Shown here in pieces: positions 17,360-29,600 of a stretch of DNA of 64,000 nt; the stretch's first letter is position 1; each line of letters begins with the position of its first letter. The DNA is from Eledone cirrhosa (taxonomy: Eukaryota), in NCBI GenBank assembly GCA_964016885.1, contig OZ024742.1, positions 197,594,001 to 197,658,000 on the forward strand, in the 5' to 3' direction. The position numbers and the translations under genes are program-made. Under the pieces are notes generated by a model. The model saw only the letters and a program-made list of their open reading frames with translations. It did not search any database and was not told the origin of the DNA.

Positions 17360-18474
17360 TCTATAAAAGGCAGATTTTTGTTGTTGTTGTGTGTGTGTAT
17401 GTGTGTGTGTGTGTGCATGTTCCATGTTCATACATTTGCACAATTTCAAACCGATTCGACTCAAAGTATGTAGGAATGTTGTAAATGGTTTAACTTAGGT
17501 CAACAACTATTTATTTCATTCAAATTCACCCACAATTATGTAAACAATCGATAAAACTAAATACATGACGCTTTACCCCTCTAATAGAATCTGTTAGCTT
17601 CTCTCTACTCCCCTTAAAATTCAATAAAACTACATACATGCTTACAAACTTCCTTTAGGAACGCCGAAGAGAGAGAGGGGAGAGAGAGAGAGAGAGAGAG
17701 GACGTTTGTTTTTGAGTGTGGAACGGTCAAACATTTATTTACTTCAATGACAAAGAGAACTTATTACATTTCATACGAAACAACAATTATTCAAAAGCAA
17801 CAGATAAATTTATTCAACAACAAAAAAAAGCGATAAATCTTTTTTAAAACCACTTAACGAACGTGGAAGAAAGAACTATCAGTTTATTTACTATACACAA
17901 TAATATACTCTATGAGGTCACTAAACCTGCTAGAAACAGCAGCTAACTCTCCCCCATATCACACCCCTCCCTACTGTCTTAAACTTAGAAAACATATCCT
18001 CTATGAGGTCACTAAACCTGCTAGAAACAGCAGCTAACTCTCCCCCATATCACACCACTCCCTACTGTCTTAAATTTAGAAAACATATCCTCTATGAGGT
18101 CACTAAACCTGCTAGAAACAGCAGCTAACTCTCCCCCATATCACACCTCTCCCTACTGTCTTAAATTTAGAAAACACACATTAGACAACCATGCAGAACA
18201 ACTCCATCGCAGCTCTGTTGTTCGGCTGGCATCGTCTACGCGCGTGTTGCGCAAGTACTGTGAAACAATAAATTTCAACACTTCTTTGCACAGAGATAAT
18301 ATCCATAGGCGAAACTACAATTGTCACTGCTGGCGCAGCTCCTGCTTCGGCAGTCCTGGTCTGCAATTCATTCACCCAGTGCCCGGCAGACAAAAAAGTG
18401 CTGCCATAAAATGGGTGGTGCAACCTAACTTTGGTAACTTACTGACCCCGAGCAACGCCGGGCTTTAATGCTAG
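17360..18474 (+). mobile_element. Non-autonomous Helitron
   Basis: A|TC-tataaaag 5' end followed by a (GT)n block; 3' hairpin cccgagcaacgccggg (18447-18462) then CTAG|T. Confidence 0.75.
17908..18176. repeat. 91-bp tandem repeat x3 inside the Helitron
   Basis: ctatgaggtcactaaacctgctagaaacagc at 17910, 18001 and 18092. Confidence 0.95.
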
Positions 18475-18669
18475 TTATATATAAACTGCATTAGGAGAAA
18501 ATTAGTGACGGGAATATATGAGTGTTTATTTAAGCGATCGCTAATCGGAAGTGTTGACATTTGAAAATTTTAAAGAAGTGAATCTTTAAATAAACAATAA
18601 AATATATTTATTCAACAGCTACGATATTTAGTAGATAAATTATGTAATATTCATTCATTATTTATTCAA

Positions 18670-18858
18670 AGGCGGTGGATTGGCAGTATCGGTAGAGGGT
18701 CAGACACCATGATTTGACGCACAGAGTTACGACCCTTTCCATTCTGAATTCAAATCCTGCCGAGGTCAACTTTGCCTTTCATCCTTACGGGGTCGATAAA
18801 ATAAAGTACCAGTAATGTACTGAGTAATTGCTGGCCTTGTGCCAAAAGTAGAAACAAT
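18670..18858 (+). mobile_element. tRNA-derived SINE (Meta/MESC-like central domain)
   Basis: A-box ggattggcagtatcggtaga, B-box ttcaaatcc, core gcctttcatccttacggggtcgataaaataaagtaccag; more than 12 copies in the window. Confidence 0.9.
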
Positions 18859-18925
18859 TATTTATTCAAAGTAATCCAACTTATAAAAAAAAAATAAACC
18901 GTACGCAGTCCCGCACTCCTTACTT

Positions 18926-19010
<85 letters not shown>

Positions 19011-19290
19011 TGTATGTATGTATGTATGTATGTATGTATGTATAAAGTGAGTAGGATCGAAGTTACCGTTGAAGTATATATTTATAAAATTTATTGGCAT
19101 ATTACAATCGTTTCAATATCGATCAGCTCAGGGTACATTCATAATGACAAGGGTCCGGCTCGTGTTCGACATCTCATTAGATATGCGAGTTTATATGTGC
19201 TAAGACACATCCTAATTGCATCGAACGGTCCACCACCAGAAACTAGTTACACATTTAACATATATATATATATGTGTGTGTGTGTTAGAA

Positions 19291-19440
19291 AGAGGTAAGC
19301 CCGACAGCTGAGCTCTTGCCGTTTCAACAGTTAGTTCCAGATTGGAACTAGCAGTTGAAACAGCAAGAGTTCAGCCGTCGGGCCCCGACTCTTTATAATA
19401 TAGCCAAACTCTACTACTCCAAGTATCGAGTATTGTGTTG
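19291..19440 (+). mobile_element. Fold-back PLE remnant (~85-bp palindrome 19299-19383 plus tail)
   Basis: gcccgacagctgagctcttgccgtttcaac...gttgaaacagcaagagttcagccgtcgggc; GAAAC...GTT hammerhead 3' half; related to 42775-42805. Confidence 0.65.
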
Positions 19441-19593
19441 AATAATGTTGTAACTAGTTTAAAACTAGTTCAAACCTGATATGTCTACTTATCTCTCCCT
19501 CTCTTTCACACACTCTCTCTCTCTCTCTCTCTCTCTATCTCTATCTATCTATCTATCTATCTATCTATTTATCTATCTATCTATATATCTATC

Positions 19594-19634
<41 letters not shown>

Positions 19635-19826
19635 TTTAGTGTCAGGTAATTCCAAAGAAAAAGCAAAGGAAATAAGAGTGCTCTATGTATATAACAGAGC
19701 TATTTAATTAGAAAGTGAACAACACAAAATATGTATATATATGTATATATGTGTGTGTTTGTATGTGTGCATACGTTTGCGTGTATGTATGTGTGTGTGT
19801 GTGTGTGTGTATATGGTGTATATGTT

Positions 19827-19891
<65 letters not shown>

Positions 19892-19934
19892 CAATGAAAT
19901 TAATAAATGGAAACTATATTTATAAAATCATATT

Positions 19935-19995
19935 TATTCTATTATATATATTTCAAGGGTACCAAAACTTTGGTACGCTCTCATCAGATAAAATA
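19935..19995 (-). ncRNA. Type I hammerhead ribozyme in left pLTR
   Basis: tattttat-CTGATGA-gagcgtaccaaa gt tttggtaccctt-GAAA-T-atat-AT-A-atagaata. Confidence 0.85.
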
Positions 19996-21149
19996 CAAAT
20001 TAGTTTTATAAATAGTGACATACCCAGGAATCAGACCTGAACAGTTCAGGTTTCGTTTGGATAGTGAGAGGATAGAGGAAAAGGAAAAAAGTGGAAGAAA
20101 GGAAAAAGAACAAATATTTCAAATTATTTTGATGAATATGCAAATGAAGTTGAGGCGTAGGGCTGAAAAAATCGTTATTTTTAGACGCTAGGTCGATTAA
20201 AATAATTATTAGGATATAGGAAGAAGAAAGAGAAGCTTATATTAATATTAGAGTGTACGTGAATTTACAAATTAAAACGTTAAAAATTAAAATTTTGTTG
20301 AAGTGGTAGAATATCAATCAAGAAATTTAAAATATAACTAAAGCATGAGTTATAATATTATATATATAATCATTATAATTAGATTATATGAGGAATTTGG
20401 ATTGTAAGTACATTTTATCTTATAGATACAGTATATAAATATCTATATAGATAAATAAATATATAAATATAAATATTATTGGTGATTATATATTCTGTTA
20501 TTTTTAATAGATATATAACACAGATATTAATTTGTTTACATTTTCAATATATAGTTATGAAAGAGACGTAGTTCAAAATGTTTGTGTAAAGAAAAAACAT
20601 TTTGTACATTCAAATAGTTTCATCAAAGATTGAAAATATTTAGAGAAAATTATTAAGTTACATAGAATTTAGTATATATATTATTGTTATAAAGGATGTC
20701 TATGTTTGCTTCATTATAAAGGTAACTCCAATATTAGTTGTTAAAGTATTAACGTTAGATTTGTCTTATATTTTAGAATTTACTTAGAAAATGCGGAATG
20801 TATGTAGTGTAAGATTATAAGGTATTTTATATTACGTCTTTTCAAGGATGTGAATTTCAATTATATATTTAGATACTATCTACGTTTATACATGTGTTAA
20901 AAGTTTAAAGGAAGAAAAAATATTATTAGAGATGTCATGAGTGTATTTAGGAAACTACCATAAAAACAGGATATCATTCAAAATATCAATTAAAAAATAT
21001 ATCAATCTAAAAAAAAACAATATCATTGGTAAAATTGTTAAATTAAGAAGAAAAAGTAAAAAATCATTTAAAAAAAACCCCACTAAACATCGCCAGAAGT
21101 ATTGTAAAAATATATAAGAGATGGTCAAGTGAAATGAATATTATAGATT

Positions 21150-22669
21150 AAAAATACTTCGGAAAGTCGATCTTTGACGATGCCTGCAAAAACTGAATAT
21201 CTAATTTTTTAAATTTATAGAATTTTGGCAGTTAAGTATATAAAAAATTTCTTCGACACACAAATGACAAATTATTGAAAGAGCCATATTTCGGTATGCT
21301 GGTGCTTTCGAAATCGTTCCCCAAGAAATTGAATAGTCAATATTATTGTCCTTTAAATACCAAATTAGATATGAAAGTAATGTGGAAGATTTTTTATCGG
21401 ATCTATTAAATGTATGTTTGTGATTATACCAGCGTTCTTTGAATTTTGTAGAAGTGGCTCCTATATAGTTAAATATGTTGTCTCTAGTTTTTACTGTGCA
21501 TTTGTATATTAAGTTTTTGTCCAGGCAATTGTTCTGTAAAGGACAGTTTGATTCAATTCTACAGTTACCTTTTTCAGAGTTATTGTAACTAGGAACGGTA
21601 TGATTATTATTAGTATTAATATTGTTATTAGAAATATTATTATTATTATCTTGGTTTGTTTGGTTTGGGTTTAAATTTAAGTTTCTATTATTAATTCTAT
21701 TTATATTTTGTATTATGTTCATAGTAGTAGCGTAAGATAGTTTAATAGTATGTCTGTTAAAAATAGAATAGTATATGTGGGATTTAGGAAAACACTTATC
21801 AAGTGCTTTGAAAAATAGTTTTGCCACAGGTGTTTTAATCCCTAATGAGAATGGGGGAGAGTACCAAATAATATTTCTAGTTCTAGTTTTTTTGTTTGAT
21901 TTACTATTTAAGTTGAATTGTTTATTATTATTATAGTGAATTTTAGAAGGATTTTGCATGTTATTGTTATCTAAGTATTTAATTTTATTCAAGTATCTGG
22001 CTCTATGTAAAGCCTCATTATAACATTCCGCCTTATTATCAAAAATAATTTTATTAGCTGAGATGCGTGAGATTCGTTGCTGGACACTATTGACAATAGT
22101 ATTTTTTATATTTCTAGGATGGTTAGAGTTGAAGTTTACGTAATTTAGGTTTTCATTAATTTTATGGAAAAGATAATATAAACCTGAGCTAAGGTTTAAA
22201 GTTACGCCTAAGAAGTTAACAATTTTATTATTATTCTCTATTTCTAATTTAAGGTTGTAGTTGTTGAAAAACTCTATGGTGGATGTCTTTTTCCTATTAA
22301 GTTCACTATTGCTATGGTTTTCGATTAAAAGTAACATAACGTCGCGATATAAACCTCCGGTTATCTCTGGCATTTTTCTATGAAGTACATTAATAATAAA
22401 TAATCCAACGATCTGTTACTTGAGCTGAATCAGATGATCCCATAGAAATTGTTTTGTCTATCAGCCCTTGTCCAGAGATGGTTATTAAATGCTATTAGGG
22501 TTTTACGTGCGGTTAGAATGATATTCATTTCTTCACTAGATAGGTCTGTATATTTAGAAGCGTAAATAAGTGCCTTATTAAGTAAGCTAGGGGCAATAGA
22601 GGAGTAGTAATTTGAAATATCCATTTGAATAAATTTTTTACTATGTTTTAATTTAATGTCCGCAAGCCA
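21150..22669 (-). pseudogene. PLE reverse transcriptase plus GIY-YIG endonuclease (disrupted)
   Basis: FIQMDISNYYSSI (RT motif A), GLYRDV (mutated YRDD), VNFLGVTLNL, YVNFNSNHP, RNIIWYSPPFS, CRIESNCPLQNNC, LIYKC...YIGAT...FKERWYNH, CHLCVEE; frameshift near 22400 and premature stop at 21201. Confidence 0.92.
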
Positions 22670-23160
22670 ATCTATATAGATATTTATATATTTATATATA
22701 TATTTATAACCTGTTGTAATATAATAAGATAAAATGTACTTACAACCAAAATTCCTCATATAATCTAATTATAATGATTATATATATAATATTATAACTC
22801 ATGCTTTAGTTATATTTTAAATTTCTTGATTGATATTCTACCACTTCAACAAAATTTTAATTTTTAACGTTTTAATTTGTAAATTCACGTACACTCTAAT
22901 ATTAATATAAGCTTCTCTTTCTTCTTTCTATATCCTTTATATATCCTAATTATTTAAATATACCTAGCGTCTAAAAATAACGATTTTTTCAGCCCTACGC
23001 CTCAACTTCATTTGCATATTCATCAAAATAATTTGAAATATTTGTTCTTTTTCCTTTCTTCCACTTTTTTCCTTTTCTTCTTTCCTCTCACTATCCAAAC
23101 GAAACCTGAACTAGTAAGGTCTGATTCCTGGGTATGTCACTATTTATAAAACAAATTTTG

Positions 23161-23221
23161 TATTTTATCTGATGAGAGCGTACCAAAGTTTTGGTACCCT
23201 TGAAATATATATAATAGAATA
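23161..23221 (+). ncRNA. Type I hammerhead ribozyme in right (inverted) pLTR
   Basis: Same motif as 19935-19995; core CTGATGA 23169-23175, GAAA 23202-23205. Confidence 0.85.
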
Positions 23222-23458
23222 AATATGGTTTTATAAATATAGTTTCCATTTATTAATATCATTGATATTATACTCCAGAAAATCTGTCGAGTGCTTCGAA
23301 TCTGTTATAAATATATTTGTGGAATTACCAACAAATTAAATATCTCTTTGCTTATATATATATATGTGTGTGTGTTTGTATGTATTTGCGTATGTATATG
23401 TTTGCAGACTAGTGTGTTTATACGTGTCTATGCCATGTGTATATATATGTATGTGCTA

Positions 23459-23484
<26 letters not shown>

Positions 23485-23490
<6 letters not shown>

Positions 23491-23997
23491 AAGTTGTATT
23501 CCTGTCTGTTTGCACCCATAAAATGAAATATACTTATCCAACTACCCTGGGCAATGTAGTTTCAGAATATATATATATTCTGAAACTACATTTCCCAGGG
23601 TACTTGGATAAGTATATTTCATTTTAATCAAAGGGCTTCCCTGGGTCACAAACCCCCGCTAAAAATTGGTTCCCTTCGATTTATATGAAATTTAAACCAT
23701 AGGTAAATGACAAGGTATGATGCCTATTCACAAAAGTTTGGGATTGATATTTTGAAAAAAATTATATACAATGAATAAAATTTACAAAAAATTATTTATA
23801 AGAATAAGATTTAATAATGTAATTTTGGTTTGATATGTTACAAAAATTGTTTTCCAATTTTTCATGAATTACATTTTACATTGAGTAATATTGAAATGCA
23901 GAGTTTTTCTCCATAAATTATATCACTGATTTAAAATCAATCATTTTCTTACAGAAAAAAATGTGTGAAACGCAGCAAGGCGTGGGTAATTCGGCTA

Positions 23998-23998
<1 letters not shown>
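23485..23998 (+). mobile_element. Helitron-like non-autonomous element containing a 108-bp palindrome
   Basis: Starts tatataaagttgtattcctgtctgttt; ends with weak hairpin acgcagcaaggcgt and CTAG|T (23995-23998). Confidence 0.5.
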
Positions 23999-24029
<31 letters not shown>

Positions 24030-24033
<4 letters not shown>

Positions 24034-24140
24034 GGCTTCTACAGGTTTAGAACTGTTTTATTCGAAGGAAATCATCAGAGCTTTCCTGATGATTTCCTTC
24101 GAATGAAACACTTCTAGTCCTGTAGAACCCATTTCTATAT
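24030..24140 (+). mobile_element. Fold-back PLE remnant with hammerhead (24080-24129) and mirrored copy
   Basis: aaatggcttctacagg...atcatcag agctttc CTGATGA tttccttcgaat GAAAC ac...ct GTA gaacccattt. Confidence 0.8.
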
Positions 24141-24679
24141 TAAATATTTATATTCCGCTATGTATTAACTACCGTACTTTCTGAGGCTGCCCCCAATTGA
24201 ACCCGGGATACACATACCTATATATATATAATATGTGAAAGAGTCAGTTCTGTGGTTATGTCTCGTAAGGCAGTGCTTCGACAGAGATCGATAAAAATTA
24301 AAAAAAGTATAAGTCGAAATAATCGACTAAATGAAGGTGGTGCCCCAGCATGGTCGCAGTCTAATGACTGAATGAAAGCAGTAATAGTGTTAAAACAATC
24401 TGTAAGTTCAGGTTCTTTTTCTCAGCTTCCGTTGGCAATGGAAGGAACGCTTGCTTTCGTTACAAATATTATTTTATTCAACTTCACTTTCCTGGGCGTG
24501 TGTTGTAAAACATATTTCTGAATGTACTGTCTCCTAATACTGTTAAAAGTATAATATATGCATATACGGGTGTGTATGTGTGTGTGTGTGTGGGAGTGAG
24601 TGAGTGAGTGTGCGCATATGTGTGCATGCATATGTGTGTATGTGTGTGTGTGTGTGTGAGCATGTGAATATGCGCCATA

Positions 24680-25920
24680 TGTGTGTATGCGTGTCTTTGT
24701 GTATATGTGTGTGTCCGCCTGTGTGCGCTTGTGTATGCGTGTCATTATGTATATGTATGTGTCCGCCTGTGTGCGCTTGTGTATGCGTGTCATTATGTAT
24801 ATGTATGTGTCCGCCTGTGTGCGCTTGTGTATGCGTGTCATTATGTATATGTATGTGTCCGCCTGTGTGCGCTTGTGTATGCGTGTCATTATGTATATGT
24901 ATGTGTCCGCCTGTGTGCGCTTGTGTATGCGTGTCATTATGTATATGTATGTGTCCGCCTGTGTGCGCTTGTGTATGCGTGTCATTATGTATATGGTGGA
25001 TTGGCAGTATCAGTAGAGGGTCGGACGCCATGCTTTGCAGCACAGTTACGTCCCTTTACGGACTGAGTTCAAATCCCGCCGAGGTTAACTTTGCCTGTCA
25101 TCCTTACGGGGTCGATAAAATAAAGTACCAGTAACGTACTGGGGTAATTGCTGGCCTTGTGCCAAAAGTAGAAACAATTATGTATATGTATGTGAGCGCC
25201 TGTGTGTGCTTGTGTATGCGTGTCTTTATCTATATATGTGGGTGTCAGCCTATGTGCGCTTTTGTGTATATGTGTGTGTCCGCCTGTGTGCGCTTGTGTA
25301 TGCGTGTCATTATGTATATGTGTGTGTGCGCTTGTGTATGCGTGTCATTATGTATGTGTGTGAGCACTTGTGTATGCGTGTCATTATGTATATGTGTGTG
25401 AGCACTTGTGTATGCGTGTCATTATGTATGTGTGTGAGCACTTGTGTATGCGTGTCATTATGTATATGTGTGTGAGCACTTGTGTATGCGTGTCATTATG
25501 TATATGTGTGTGTGCGCTTGTGTATGCGTGTCATTATGTATATGTGTGTGAGCACTTGTGTATGCGTGTCATTATGTATATGTGTGTGAGCACTTGTGTA
25601 TGCGTGTCATTATGTATATGTGTGTGTGCGCTTGTGTATGCGTGTCATTATGTATGTGTGTGTGCGCTTGTGTATGCGTGTCATTATGTATATGTGTGTG
25701 TGCGCTTGTGTATGCGTGTCATTATGTATATGTGTGTGTGCGCTTGTGTATGCGTGTCATTATGTATATGTGTGTGTGCGCTTGTGTATGCGTGTCATTA
25801 TGTATATGTGTGTGAGTGCTTGTGTATGCGTGTCTTTGTGAATATGTGTGTGTGCGCTTGTATATGCGTGTCTTTGTGAATATGTGTGAGTGCGCCTGTG
25901 TGCGGTTATGTATGCGTGTC
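24680..25920. repeat. Minisatellite: 48-bp unit (24680-24993) then ~36-40-bp units, interrupted by a SINE
   Basis: gtgtccgcctgtgtgcgcttgtgtatgcgtgtcattatgtatatgtat repeated ~6 times; shorter derivative downstream. Confidence 0.95.
24995..25178 (+). mobile_element. tRNA-derived SINE inserted in the minisatellite
   Basis: Highly similar to 18670-18858; flanked by attatgtatatg on both sides. Confidence 0.9.
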
Positions 25921-26739
25921 TTTGACTATATGTGGGTGTCTATGAATGTGGTTCGGCGCGTGCGTGTGGGTGGATGTATGTGAGTGCTTGTGTGTCTGTG
26001 ATTGTGAGTGTATGTGTGTGTGATTGTGAGTGCATGCGTGTGTGCGCATATGTATGCGTTTCGTTGCGTATATGTGGGTGTCAGCAAGTTTGAGTACGTG
26101 CTGGTGTGTTTGTATGGGTGTGTGTATATATGTGTGCGTGTGTTAGTGTATGTGTAAGCGCGTGTCTATGCGTGTTTAATGTGTATTTGTTGGTGTCCGT
26201 ACGCGTGTGTGTATCTATGTGTGTTTGTGTATGCGTATGAATATGTGTGTATGTGTATGTCTATGTATGTGTATGTATATGTATGTGTGTGTATATGTGT
26301 GTGTGTGTAGGTATGTATATGTATGAGTGTATGTGTGTATGTATCTGTATATGTATGAGTGTATGTGTGTATGTATCTGTATATGTATGAGTGCATGTGT
26401 GTATGTATCCGTATATGTATGAGTGCATGTATGTGTGTGTATGTATATGTATGTGCGTGTATGTATATGTATGTATATGTATGTATATGTAAGTGTATGT
26501 ATGTACATGTATGTGTGTATATGTATGTGTGTATATATATATATATATATGTAGAATTTACCAATTTAGACCATAATGACATAATAAACATAAGAGAGCT
26601 TTGATGCTCTTTACAGGAAGTTAATTCTGGCATTTAGTTTTGCAGCGTCAGAATAGAATTTCAAGTAGCTGCGATTATTATCAGTTTTAAAAATAATATA
26701 TGCAAGCTATGATCCATATAACTGGTCTGTTGTGTTAAA

Positions 26740-26770
<31 letters not shown>

Positions 26771-27122
26771 CTGTATATATATGTTGCGATCCGTATAACT
26801 GGTATATTCTGGTTTTTTAATTGATGCACTAGATTAATTCCATGTGCGTTTTTATGTTTTCTGCACCAATTAAAAATGCAGCTAATTTTTGGTTTTATTT
26901 TATGGTGTTGCAGCTAATTCAGGGCAAGTGTTGCCATCTGTCGTCAGTTTATTTCTAGTTAGTTCTAATCTGGGAGTTCAAGGTCAGCTTAGGGACTAAG
27001 ATTGTCTCCCTTATTTCACTTATCAATGCTCTTCATCTAGACAGGCCGCCAGGCAGGTAGACAGGCAGGCACAACTTGACAACGCAATATTTTTATTGTT
27101 GCTATTGTTCTTGTCGTTCAGA

Positions 27123-27548
27123 AAGGTAGTAGATTGACGCATGCGGCTCGTGGACTGCTGTTTGGCCATGGCTGCTTTATAGCATAGAGTTATGGCCCTT
27201 TGAGTTCTGAATTCAAATCCCGCTGAGGTTAGCTTTGCCTTTCATCCTTACAGGGTTGATAAAATAAAGTACCAGTAATGCACTGGGGTTGATTTAATCG
27301 ACTTTCCCCTTCCCAAAGATTGTTGGCTTTGTGCCTAAATCAGAAACCAATATTCTTATTGTCATTCAGAATGGGGGTGGATTGGCAGTATCGGTAGAGC
27401 GTCTGACACCATGCTTTACACGCATAGAGTTACGGCCCCTTACGTTCTGAGTTCAAATCTCGCCAAGGTAAGCTTTGCCTTTCATTCTTACAGGGGTGAT
27501 AAAATAAAGTACCAGTAATGCATTGGGTCGATTTAATCGATTTTCCCA
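27123..27548 (+). mobile_element. Two tandem tRNA-derived SINE copies (27123-27350, 27373-27548)
   Basis: Both carry ttcaaatc and gcctttcat.cttacagggg..gataaaataaagtaccagtaatgc. Confidence 0.88.
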
Positions 27549-27727
27549 CCAAAAATATAAATTGTTGTTGTTGTTGTTATTATTATTACAACTGTTGCTG
27601 CTGCAATCACAAGTATTCGTTTATTTATGTTTTGTTGTTGTTATTATTGTTGTTACACTGGTGCTGCTACTGCTGCTGCTGCTATCATTAGTATTCATTT
27701 GTTTATATTTTGCAGTCAACCTAAGTG

Positions 27728-28117
27728 ATGGTCTATCTGGAGGAAGAAGAAAGTCTTTACAAGGAGGAAAACAATTTAACTCGTACTTCCGATCTGCTCT
27801 CCTACTTCGGTATTGGTCTCATTATCATTGGTCTTATTTTCATTACACTAAGCTATGCTGTACCACGGGAGTATGTATTCGACATCAACAGAGCAGCCAG
27901 AGAAATGGAAATGATTGAAAATGAATACAGCAATCGACGCTTCATGTTGGATATTTTTGCCACAATAGGAGCCACCTGTGTCGGCTTGAGTGGTTTCATG
28001 GTATCTGTGATATTAATCAAACATATTTACACCAGAATGCAGGAAGAAGATAACATTGATGCAGAAAATGTCTATAGTGACACCAATCCTCTGACGTACG
28101 GTGCCATCAAACATTAA
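27728..28117 (+). CDS. TMEM74: TMEM74/neurensin-family two-pass membrane protein (129 aa, single coding exon)
   Basis: TM1 FGIGLIIIGLIFITLSYAVPRE, loop AAREMEMIE, LD plus TM2 match the recalled TMEM74 pattern SYxVPRE...AAREMERLE...LD; splice acceptor ttttgcag ends at 27715 and an in-frame TAA precedes the ATG; C-terminal YGAI motif. Confidence 0.78.
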   Translation: MVYLEEEESLYKEENNLTRTSDLLSYFGIGLIIIGLIFITLSYAVPREYVFDINRAAREMEMIENEYSNRRFMLDIFATIGATCVGLSGFMVSVILIKHIYTRMQEEDNIDAENVYSDTNPLTYGAIKH

Positions 28118-28728
28118 TTGAATTCAATGGAGATTTACAATTGTATTTGTAGATATAATATAACTAGTAATTACTGCGGACTGGTAGAGATGGCTGGACT
28201 AAGATCTGAAAGGCTGCACCGAACTATATGCCTTTCGGATCCTAGTTTCGTTTATTCGTGTTTTTGTTTTGAGTTCTTCTGAAGTCAATTTTACATTTCA
28301 GCCTTTCAAGAACGATAAAAATAAATACCAATCAAATACTAGGTTAGATTCAATCCAATATACATTATTTTCAAGAATTGAGGCATTTTGCTAATGTAGA
28401 AAATCATTATAATATAGCCAATTATATATTTTTTCATATATTTTGTTTGTTTTGCTTTTATTTGCTCAGAAAGTAATTAAAGAAATTTACATTTAAATAC
28501 ATATGTATCGTCTTAATGATTTGACAATTGTTACTAAAACTCTCCCATTGTCTTTACAAGAACTTGATTTAATTTTCAAATATATATCCTTGCTATAACA
28601 TTATGCTTCCTAGAAATATTCTGATGTTCTGAGGGTTTATACCTATATAGGTTCGATCTTTATTTTTAAAAAATATAAATATAGTTTTCTGTAGATGAAA
28701 TCGTTAAAGCTGTCAAAAACTTTCATAG

Positions 28729-29600
28729 CTTTCATTCACAGTCTAGTTAAACATCTATGTAGCCCTCTACAGCCTTCATTCACAGTCTAGTTAAACATGT
28801 ATATAGCCCTCTACAGCCTTCATTCACAGTCTAGTTAAACATCTATGTAGCCCTCTACAGCCTTCATTCACAGTCTAGTTAAATATGTATATAGCCCTCT
28901 ACAGCCTTCATTCACAGTCTAGTTAAACATGTATATAGCCCTCTACAGCCTTCATTCACAGTCTAGTTAAACATCTATGTAGCCCTCTACAGCCTTCATT
29001 CACAGTCTAGTTAAATATGTATATAGCCCTCTACAGCCTTCATTCACAGTCTAGTTAAACATGTATATAGCCCTCTACAGCCTTCATTCACAGTCTAGTT
29101 AAACATGTATATAGCCCTCTACAGCCTTCATTCACAGTCTAGTTAAATATGTATATAGCCCTCTACAGCCTTCATTCACAGTCTAGTTAAACATGTATAT
29201 AGCCCTCTACAGCCTTCATTCACAGTCTAGTTAAACATGTATATAGCCCTCTACAGCCTTCATTCACAGTCTAGTTAAACATGTATATAGTCATCTACAG
29301 CCTTCATTCACAGTCTAGTTAAACATGTATATAGTCATCTACAGCCTAGCTAAACATGTGTGTAGCCATCTACAGCCATCATTCACTGTCATCATCAATC
29401 CAGTTAAACATGTACACAGCTATATACAGCCTACATTCTCAGTTCAGTTAAACATGTGTACAGCTATATACAGCCTTCGTTCTCAGTTCAGTTAAACATG
29501 TGTACAGCTATATACAGCCTTCATTCTCAGTTCAGTTAAACATGTGTACAGCTATATACAGTCTTCATTCTCAGTTCAGTTAAACATGTGTACAGCTAGT
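28729..29600. repeat. 44-bp minisatellite (~14 copies) decaying into ~45-bp variant units
   Basis: agccttcattcacagtctagttaaacatgtatatagccctctac. Confidence 0.97.

Larger units (their letters stand above)
19890..23350 (-). mobile_element. Penelope-like retroelement, 5'-truncated, flanked by ~560-600-bp inverted pLTRs (19890-20452 / 22670-23268)
   Basis: Long inverted repeat, RT and GIY-YIG reading frames between the arms, and a hammerhead in each arm. Confidence 0.92.

Noticed and set aside
18670-18770. tRNA gene
   Set aside because: The A/B boxes belong to a SINE head followed by a shared core in many copies
20030-20056. Second hammerhead in the large pLTR (GAAAC-ctgaac-t-gttcag-GTC; also 23101-23121)
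   Set aside because: Good stem III but no CTGANGA core with compatible stems I and II; at most a relic
28729-29600. CRISPR-like regular array
   Set aside because: Head-to-tail 44-bp units without unique spacers, eukaryotic context, no cas genes
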